From assembly GCA_040954595.2 (NCBI GenBank), contig CM082588.2, positions 1,169,935-1,233,934 of the forward strand: a DNA stretch of 64,000 bases. Direction: 5' to 3'. The notes under the pieces are model-generated. The model was not told the origin of the DNA and made no database searches. It saw only the letters and a program-made list of their open reading frames with translations. Of the stretch, positions 28,157-38,700 are shown one piece after another. The stretch's first letter is position 1. Every line of letters begins with the position of its first letter. This stretch comes from Balanoglossus misakiensis. Its lineage: Eukaryota; Animalia; Hemichordata. Made by a program: the position numbers and the translations under genes.

Positions 28157-31100
28157 TAAGTAATGGTCATGCGGTGAAAACTAAGTTTGCATTTGCTTTC
28201 ATTCAGTTCAGTAGTTGAAACCATTACACATTCATTCTTAGAGACCCACTGACTCCTGACATACTCATGCGTGCATCGACATATTTTGGAATTACAACCT
28301 GACATAATGGACAGAATTATTCAAATCGTAGAGGCTTATTATTTTAGACGGACATCACGTTCAGTATTGAAAACATTCGCAAGGCCGTACTTAAGGTCAG
28401 CTGATTGTTTCGTTTATGAGAAATTTACCCAGTGTGTGGCTGCACTGGAGTACGCATGCAAATTCTGGTGTTATGCAGGGTGTTCTCCCAGCTAACGACT
28501 GACCGTCGCCATAGCAATAACATCTCTGCCCCAGGCAAAAGCATGTCTGATGTACAGGACTACTCCTTACTGCATCTCAGTATAATCGCAACCATGGCAA
28601 CAGAGAAACGAGAGCCAAGAGAATTCAAATACAGTGTAGTTTAACACACAATAGATTACAAGGAGGAACCCTAGCAACTAGCCACGGTAACCTAGCTAGA
28701 TCTCACTTGTTTTATGGATGTCAATAAACAATGGTAATAATTGCCCATATACATTGATCATGCACTCAGAAGATGACAATTTTACAACAGACGTTAGCAA
28801 GTATATGAACTGCACATCACACATTGTGAAAACTAAACGTTATGTGTGTGTGTTATTGCCTGTTCACACTCACTGGTTAGATTCAGTGGAACCAGTGAAA
28901 TTATGAACGAAAATAAACTGACGATCATTTACATCATGGTGGCCGAGCCGGCAGCCTTCTGTTGCCAGTTGACAGATCGTTGATTGCCGTCATTTCTACG
29001 AAAAACTCTCATAATCATACGGTAGCCTAACACCTTTTGCCAAATGGAAATTTACAGCTTTTTGAAGAGGTTGTTTAAACAGAAGTCACAGTTAAAATCA
29101 CCTCATTCTTGGCAATCAGGTGTATGAGGCAACGCTAATGAAGATATATCAAATTTATCAGAAACTGGGGCGAAATATCACTTAATGATAACATTCAGTA
29201 TTTTCACTTCAGCTTGAAACAGGAAAATCACACACAGGCTAAATCACTCTGAAATTAATCAAAATAATGGGCCATTCTACTTTTATCACCATGGTTATGG
29301 CAATTTTACTCCTAACTCTATTTTCTCAATCTGGAAGCTATTTATAGCAGGGCCAAAATTCAAATTATACATTCATATTTTCTTTTATGGGTTATTGAAG
29401 CATGCAATGGAATATTATATCAAAATTTGGTATAGACTCTGTCGTATCAATGACTGACAACTTTAATGCATTCCGTGATTATTAAACCTCAGGATAATAC
29501 TATCCATTGTGACCTGAACCTGTACTTTTGCTTATTTCAATCTTCATTTTCCCCCAAAAATTAATGTTTGCAATAAAATACCACAAGAAACTTTGAGGTA
29601 TATTTGTAGAAATCATTCACACATTACTTCGCAAGGTTCCAATTACTTGAATCGAATTATGTTGCTGTCTGGGTCGAGTAAATTACCTTGCATTGGATAG
29701 AATGATTGCAATATCCCATTTTAATATGACTAATAAAGTCTTTATGTAAAGCTATCAAATGTTAAGTATGATTATGGGCAGTGTTGGTGTTGGGGTGGTT
29801 GTGGATGTAATCCTAACATTGACATTGAAAACAACGATGCCTACTTTACTTGATTAAACATTAATGTTATCTTTCTGCGCACCCATATCACATTAATTAA
29901 ATAGTTACATGACAACATTCACAAGAAAACAAGTAACTGAGTTGGTGTTCTAGATTTATTTTTGCATTTAAAAAAAAGACGAAAATGAAAATGTGCCAAT
30001 TTTATGAGTTTGTAACTATTTGTATAGTGTTGCCAGTTGGCAAAGAGTCAGCTGGGACACGTTTGTAAAAGGGGAGTTGCAGGTACGGGTGGCAGACACG
30101 TTGATACCAGACTGTGTACTCATCCATTTATCTCTGTCAAAAATTAAAACCGACCTTTGCTTTGCTGAGCTGGAGCTCGCCTCTCATCGCCTTGTACAAC
30201 ATGCAGCATGAAACGACCTTTGCAACTACAGGCCAAAAAGTCTGCAGAATTCACGAAAATGATTTCTGATGACTGTTTTGGTCGCGACAGCCGAAATAAG
30301 TCAATATCAGCCCATCAGGATATTGACCGCATGCTGAATGAAGACATGTCAAAATTAATATCGATATGTTCATTTCTGGCATGATTTTATCCAACTATAA
30401 ATATTTTAATCGACTTACAATGGACACTTTATACTGCATATGCAATATTAACTTGACATCAACGAATGTATCTCATTGACACCTTTATCAAGCAATTAAT
30501 GTGACTTCAGTATATATTTAGATATTGACACGTTCAGAGTAAACGACTCCACCCACATCATGATGTACCCACCCTGGTATATGTAATGTACATCTTTTGA
30601 TTTTCGGTATCAACCATCAAGAAATGGTTTCCTGAGTGCTAGTGTCCCTGCATGGGATTCGGCGGTGGTATCTGCAATGGTTTCCCACAGCAGATGCCAG
30701 TACCGACCGTCGATCGCGTCCTTCGAGACAAACCAGGAAGTAGCGAACGATCGCACGATTCACACCATCAGAGATACGGACACAGTGATACCAGTTGGCA
30801 GTTACCTTTCAATCAAAGCGTCTGGCGATCCCATTGATAACTAGCTATGGGGTATATAAATTGAGATCGCGCGCGGTACAGACCATATTATCTACCACCC
30901 AAACTTTGAAAATACTGTATCATAACGGTACTCACCTATACACTTGTCACAACCCACAAAACACAACAAAATAACACTATTATCAACGGCAGGTTGCTGA
31001 AGCCGGCTACACCGGATGACACTTACCGGTAGTGCCGAGCAACGACTTTTCTTCAATTACAATCATTCCACGGCATTAAAGTAGAACCAAAATACATCAC

Positions 31101-32756
31101 CCTAGTTTTTCATATTCACACGGAGAAAAGCAAAAATTCCTAATTTTCCCGCTGTTTATTACTATCTACACTTTTATTTCTTCGTTTGACTTTATTGCAA
31201 CAATTTTCCCCACATTATCTGATTTCGCGGATGGATACGAGGCGTGCCAGGCCAGGTGTGACCTCAAGGCCACTGGGGGAGCACTACTTTAAAAGTTCCT
31301 ATTCACACCTGATGACGTCAGAGCTATATAATCACATACACCAACTGAAACGAAACAAAGTCTGAGTGCAATGAACGCCAGGGGGTGGGGCGTCGTCATA
31401 ACCTCCCCCCTCCCAGAATGCGGAAAAACACGGTCGTACAAAATACACCGGATAATTTGTGGATGACGCTGTCTGTTTTCTTTTTTTCACCGAATTCGCA
31501 TACTTTATACAGGAATATGATATGAATCAAAGTTTAGATAAGATTGTTCACTTGTTGAAATAAGGAAGTTGTTTGCGAAATATTCAGACACTAAAACAAA
31601 TCAACCGTACAGTTTACTAGAATATTGCGTAGTCACGGAAATTAGCAATTAAATCACCTATTGTATTAAACAGTGTTGTCCTGGTCCACATATGATCACG
31701 AAATCAAACACTTAATTTTGATCTTTAAAAAAAAAGCCGGCTGCTATTCTGTACTGTTTTTAATTAATGTATTTTTATTCTTTAAAATTGTCATTTTTTC
31801 AAGATTTCGTCATCAAATCCGACAAACATTCCTCAGAATGTTAAGTTTTTGCGAAACTTTTAATTGTAAATTCGACGTCTTTTCATATTATTGGTCACAA
31901 GAGGGCGCAATTCAAAGCTGCATCTCGAAACAGACAAGAAAAGACAACGATGATGACAAACAATGCTCAAGTTTCTGTTTAATACATACTAAAGAAGAAA
32001 CATCACACAGCTAAAACATAACACTGTCATTCAGAATGACTAAGATATTAAAATATGTCATAGCTTATCAAAAGCTGCTACATACAAAACAGTACAGTAC
32101 ACATCATTTCATAATTAAAATCAATACAATCTAATATAGTTTTCTGGGATATGAAAGTTTAGAAGACATCACAAAGCAAGAAAACACTTGCAAAAACTAC
32201 GCTTATGAACTGGTCACTTTCATGACTGATCTTCATGCCCAATGTAAATGCCTTTTTGTAAATACATCTATTTGCAAAAGTACACTATTATATGTCAAAA
32301 GCCAAAAAAATATTTCTAAACTTTACTGCATCTGTTTGTATTGACACATATAACCGATTTAGTAGTCAATTTACGTTTTTCCACTGTGCAGACAAGTTCT
32401 TCTATAGACCTATACTAAGTTCTTACCCAGAAAGTCTCTGCTTTGTGTGATATAAGCAATATCCAATACTAAAAAAATGTGTTTAATTGGTCCATGGCAC
32501 TTCTAAAATTTAAATGAATAGAAAAACAAACTTTTCTTCAAACTGCATCACCAGTTGCAAAAATACTTCTGAATACCATATATACAATTTCTATTTCAAT
32601 TGTTATTTGATTGAAAAAAGGAAATTATCTTAAGTGAATAGTAACAACATATCTGCCTAACATACATACATGTAGCGGTATAATGATCTCATATTTCAAC
32701 CATGGAACCAAGACGGGAGCTTCACTTTGTTTGCTAGAAAAGTACCAGACATGTGA

Positions 32757-35700
32757 CTAGATTCTGAGCAGGTGATTGGTGATATTCTCCCAGCTGGAGC
32801 CCAGCTCTAACTGATAGTAAATAGAAGGGTATGCCTTGTCCAATTGCTTGATCAGGACGAGCACAACTGTCAGCCGGTTTCTCCATTCACTTGGCACGCT
32901 GCCAGACAGCTTCAAGAGATCGTCAAACCACTGCGGCCACTGATTCCTTAACACAGACAACAGAATCACCAGGACAACCAACGCAAAAATATCATTGTAT
33001 GCTTTCCATCCTGCAAAAGAAAGAAAGAAACCATCACACAAAAGAAATAGCATTCTAATTGTTTGTGACAAGAGAACAGAACAGCCCTTGATAGAACACT
33101 GGCATGATGATGGTTGCCAAGGGTGATGACTTACCCAGAGACTTCAGTCCAGCATCCTCTAGTACTTGTATGATCATCTTACTGTTGATTCCAAATGTCT
33201 GGTCGACAGTGTCAGCAAATAACTGGTCAAAGCAGTCAGAAAGGTCTCTCTGTATTTAAAAAACAACACACGGAATAATTTTTTATTTTTGAGAGATACA
33301 AACAGACTGATGGATCCAAAAGTTCCCTTGTTTCCAATCAGCTGGAGATTGTTGTAATCAATGGTAGGTAGACGAATTCTTCCATGGGAAGTTTTTACAT
33401 TTTAAAAGAGGTGTAATTTCAAATTAACAGGTACACACAGTAAATATGCATGCATTCATACATACATGTGATCTATTGCAGAAACAAGCAATCTGCTTAC
33501 CTTCTTTCCGAATATGTCAATCAGAACATCAATTGTAGTCACAGCCTGTGGAGGGTCATAACAAATGTAGATTTTCATATTATGTTACAATGACATATCG
33601 GCAGTATATAATCTCTTTCTTCAACTACAAGAATTTCAGTTAAAAATAAACAATATATTCAGTGGTGATCATAATTAACGTCTGCATTTCAATTTCTTTT
33701 TACCGGTAATAAAACATTAAATCAAACACCAAACAGACATCGATGACTAAAGTTGTTGACTAAGTTTAAATACTGGACTCTTTCTGATTGGTTGATATTA
33801 TTGATGAATCAAATTCAAACATCAGTGTGTCATGCTCTGATTGGTCATCTTGCAATTCTAAAATTGAACTTCTTACAAGCTTTTGTTTCTCTTCTCCCCA
33901 AAGTCCAGATTCAGGTCTTGTGATGTTTGGCAGGCCTGTAGTAGATGTCTCAGCTTCCATAGGTTCTGTAAAAGACAATATTTATAATGTTATTGACAAA
34001 ATACATGATATTTTATTGTAAGGTAAGTTTTACACGCAACTTGTATCATATATGCAACAAACCAGACAAGCCGGAGCAGTACTCTGTGGCCTACACTGTC
34101 CTTGTTTTTGTGTCACCTACTTGGAGATGGCGTCATGTTTTGGAAGGACACCCTCTTTATGGAAAAGGTGTATGGCTATGAGAATAGATTTCGTTCCCTT
34201 ACCTGGAGATGGAATGGCTGATACTCCATATAATTCAGCACCATGACGAATATCGTTATATATCCTATGCCTGGGCTTCCTCACTATTCCTGCATTACAC
34301 AGAGGTAAAGAAGAATTATTCACAAAATACCAGGATTTATGTCCAAGTACATCATACAGAGGAGGAACTTTAATGTAAGGTAAGATTTGTACGCAACTTG
34401 TATTATATATACCGTACAACAATCCAGACAAGCTTGGGCAGTACTCTGTGACCTGCTGGTCTTGTTTTCGTGTTGTCTCCTTTGAGATGAGGCCATGTTT
34501 TGAAAGGACGCCCTAATTCTTATGAAAAGCTACGAGTATAGATTTCGTTCCCTTACCTGGTGGTGGAATGGCTGCTTCCGGTACAGCATTAGATAGTGCC
34601 AGCTCAGAGAGTAATGACATGGAGACATCAGCATCAGCATCACGTTGCCAATCACCATAACCAAGAACTTCTTCATCTTCTGCACCCCATGAACGCCTCA
34701 TACCCACCTTTTTCTTCTTCTTCTTCTTACCAACTAAACTCTCTTCGGCGGCAATCAACTCCACTGGCTTTTCTGCTCGCCAACTGACAGAAGGCGCAGA
34801 CTGAGCAGTAGACTTCTCGCTGACTTTCCCGCACAAGAATGTGGGACCCCCTTTCTTTATTGCTGCATACACAGGATGTACTGGTAAAGAAGAATCGTCC
34901 AGATGCTTGCCACGTCCTCTTCCTCCTTTCTTGTACTGCAGAAAGTAAATTGAACAGCTTTGTCATGTTGCACTGGACACCCAAAAATGGTTAAATAGGA
35001 GTGGTGTAGTTAAAACATTTGATCAACTTTGTTTCTCTGTGTTTAGTTCCTGGGACTCGATTCACAAACATGTTGATACCATGAGTAAAAATATTTATAT
35101 TTCTGTGTTTTTTAAAGTGTTTGATTCAAATATACCAGTCCACGAATTTTGTTTCCTCTAATCAACAGAATAACAGGGAAACGATCAACAGTCGATTTTT
35201 GAGCACATGAAATGTGAATCAAAAATAAGGTTAAATCTTATTCACCACACAACATCTACAGGGATCTAAGATACTATTACATAGTGTATTTAGCTGGTTT
35301 TAGTTATGAGAACTACACAACATGTATTAGAAGCTATTTACAGTTGCAAAGAAAGAGCGTAGCTAGGTTTATTTATGAGATAAATTCTTCTACATACATG
35401 TACCAGTGTGGGAGATGCGACAGATCGTGCTAAAATCTGTGAGGATTTTAGATTTTTTTTCTGTGTTTCCTTTTCAGTGTCAGAGCTTTCAGCAAGGACA
35501 GTTTTTCCGCGGAACTTTCGTGGTTTTATCAGAGGTTTTTGTTTGTCTGCTTCATCGCGTTCCTGCTTTTCAGAAGTTGCTGGTTGGTGTTTTGCTGGAA
35601 TGGGTAGGTCTGCAGTGGACACACTGGGTAAAATCGATCGGTACATTTCTGGTTCAAAGGGCTTCAAATAACTGAGATCTGCAGTCTCCATTGGAGTTGA

Positions 35701-38700
35701 TGTAACAGCTGCAGTTCCATGGTGATCCTGGACCGCAGCACTGGAACCAAATCCAAGGGCACTAACACTTCCAGGTGATGGCTGAGTCGCAGTACCAAAA
35801 GTGATGAACCCAGATGAACTTTCCCCTGTTGGCTGCTGAGTTGCAGCACCCAATCTCACACTAGAGCCACCCCCAGATATTGACTGCACTGCAGCACCAA
35901 AACCAAACCCTGCTGCAGGCCCAGATATTGGCTGAGGTGCAGCTCCAAAACCACACGGTGCTGCCACTGCAGACCCGAATGCACTGCTGCCACTTGACTG
36001 CAACGGTGCAGAACCAAACCGGAGCCCAGCTGAACCTCGTTGTTTGCTTAAAAAGCGGTAACTCATGGCCTGTTCATCAGACACTGAATTAGTTCGTGGT
36101 GGTCCTCGTGGTGGTGGTGGTGGTGGTCGCTGTGCTTCTGATCGGAAATCCACAGCTCTCTGATCAGACACTGGTGCATCTTTTGGCTGCAGTGGAGGCC
36201 GAGGGGGCGGCAACAGGGACAACTCTGATTTATCTGATTCTAACTCTCTTTCACCGCTTTCGTCAGATGACAGTTCTTCATTCAATCTTGACTGCACAGA
36301 CATGTACAGTTGTTGCATCTGTTGTTGTTGTTGTGGCACTGGTAGTGTAGAACTCGGTGAATATGCCTTCCTTGGTGGTAGCAATCTCTGTGCTTTGACT
36401 GGTGCTCTTGCTGGCATTGGTGGTGCTTCAGCGTATGGTGGTGGTGGTGGTGGGGCACCTATATGTGATAATTGTGGTGGTGGTGGTGGTGGTGATGGTG
36501 GTGGTGGTGGTGCTAATAATTCTGCCTCATCAGGTGATGTCGGCGTTTGTAGGGCACGCACTGTAATTCCCCTGGATGGCACTGCTCCTGCTGGAACTGG
36601 TGGCACTGTAGTTTTTTTCACTGGTGGTGGTGGTGGTGGTGGTAGTGGTGAATACTTCTTAATGATGTCCCTCCTTGTTGCACCCAGCACAGCAGCTGCA
36701 GGTCTTGCAATTGGTATCGGTCGTGCTTGCGATCTTCTGGTTGCAGATGCTTTTGCAAAGCCTGTGGTTGGTGGCGATGGTGGTGAGGGTGCTTCATATA
36801 GTTCTGACTGTACCAGAAATGACTCTGCAACATAAAATAAAATGACACTGGCAGAACAGCTAGATCGACAACAAACAAGCATATAAACAGTAAACAAATA
36901 AATGCATCACTTCTAGTCAGTTTAATTCTCTTACCACCGAGGGGCTGATGCTTAAACCTGTGGGAAAAATTACAGCAACTCTCGATCCCTACAGAATTTG
37001 ATCTAGTACTGTCATACATAAACTCAAGTACACTGTCCAAACTTGGGTAATAAATACATGTACCGTAGTTACACACACGCACACAGACAAATGATCGCAT
37101 AACCGCGGCCACCCCCACCCACTGGTATATGCATGTAGTGGTAACAAGCAGGAGACAACTACACCATCATTGTCCAGTAAAATTCTATGCTTTTCCCTGA
37201 CCCAGATAATATTCATATCACCCATGTAGAAAGTAATATTTACCTCGTTTCGCAGGTTTAGGAGGTGCACCTCGCTTCTTCGAAGTAGTATAGTCGGCGT
37301 CACCAAATAGACCAAAACCCATATCTTCATCAGATGACTCCTCTGATAGACCAAAAACCGTATTTTCATAACATGACGGGTCTGGTGATTCTTCTATTAC
37401 ACAATGAAAATGAAGACGAAATTTCAGGATTTTAAACACTACTTTGCTTTAGAATTGCTGGCATGCTGTCTATTCATTCAAAAAAATAAATAAAAGATAC
37501 ACCCAGATAATGATCTGGCATTGAACTTAAAGACAAGACCAACAAAAAATTATGGTTGTGACAATAAAGAACTTTTCAACTGGGTATTTATAAACACTTT
37601 CACTTTCTTTTTTCCCCGGTTCCTTAAAATTTGAAAGCCACACTTTGTAACATCACAGACAGTAGAATTAGAGATCTAACCATCTTTAATATACAGTATT
37701 AGACATACCTTCTTTGGGTTTGGGTTTGGATTTTACACCTAGCTCCTTGAAAACAGCGGACATTTCTTCTATTACGTTCATGTAAATGAAAAAAAAATGT
37801 TTTGGATAAAGTTGTTTTCACATCCTTGTTCACACTGTGTCAATGGCATGTTTAACTATTATGATTTATCCCCAACTCCAAATTCACATGTGAAAGAAAG
37901 ACTTTGGCCATTAAAATGACAAATCTGGAAGATTATGCACCTCAACAACTTGTGACCAGATGGCAAATTACGTACCTCGTTCTTGCACAGGCTTGATCTC
38001 GGTTTCCAACTTCGCAGGGAAATCATCAGAACACATGACTTTTCAAGATAAAAAACAGAAGAGGTTACAAGTGGACATTTCTCACCCTGATGTTGGGTTT
38101 AGCCTTTGCTTGTACAATCAAATCTGTGTTAATAGTGGCCACCTTTTGAAATATGTTACAGTTCCTATGCAATTAATTTACATGTGGATTAATTGACTTG
38201 TCTGTAAAGGCCACCTGTCTATAAAGGCCACATTGGGATAGTATTCAGTTGATTTTAATGTGCAATATACACACTGAAACATATGTGTGGTGCATTCTTA
38301 ATAAATGGATAATATAAAACAACTTTGCATACAATCGTCAGCCAAATTTGGCAGAGTCCAGTCAGTGCGGTGGCTATACCCTATCATCCCACCACCTAGA
38401 AGAAAAAATGATTTGGATTATTTTTTATTATGCTTTAGTGGTAAGAATTATGACAATGGCTACGTCATGTGACACAAACGAATGTGGGGGAGGGGTGTTC
38501 TAGTGTAAGTTTGTTTTATGTATGTTTAGGGGGGTCCTGGTCAAAGGGATTCACGTTGCACAGATTAAAGTCACTTACCACTTAACCTCTGTAGCTGTGG
38601 AGGTCTAGCTGGCACCTGGTAATAGAGAAATATACAATGTTAAATGAGTTAAAGAGAAATCAAGAGCATTAGCATTAGATGACTGAATATTTGCTCGTTT

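Noticed and set aside
24000-32700. Additional protein-coding gene between MYO6 and PARP4
   Set aside because: Only short ORFs without recognisable motifs or consistent splice chains. The interval is most simply the MYO6 5' introns/promoter and the PARP4 3' UTR; non-coding exons could not be placed reliably.
36340-36800. RNA polymerase II CTD-like words (YSPSS, YSPLP, TPTSP) in the PARP4 Pro-rich exon as another mimic
   Set aside because: No complete or tandem YSPTSPS heptad; such words are expected by chance in Pro/Ser-rich sequence.
36302-36835. Plus-strand 177-aa Gly-rich ORF (and similar antisense ORFs at 54743-55165, 13164-13737, 39434-39634)
   Set aside because: These are antisense shadows of Pro-, Glu- or Ser-rich coding exons on the minus strand.
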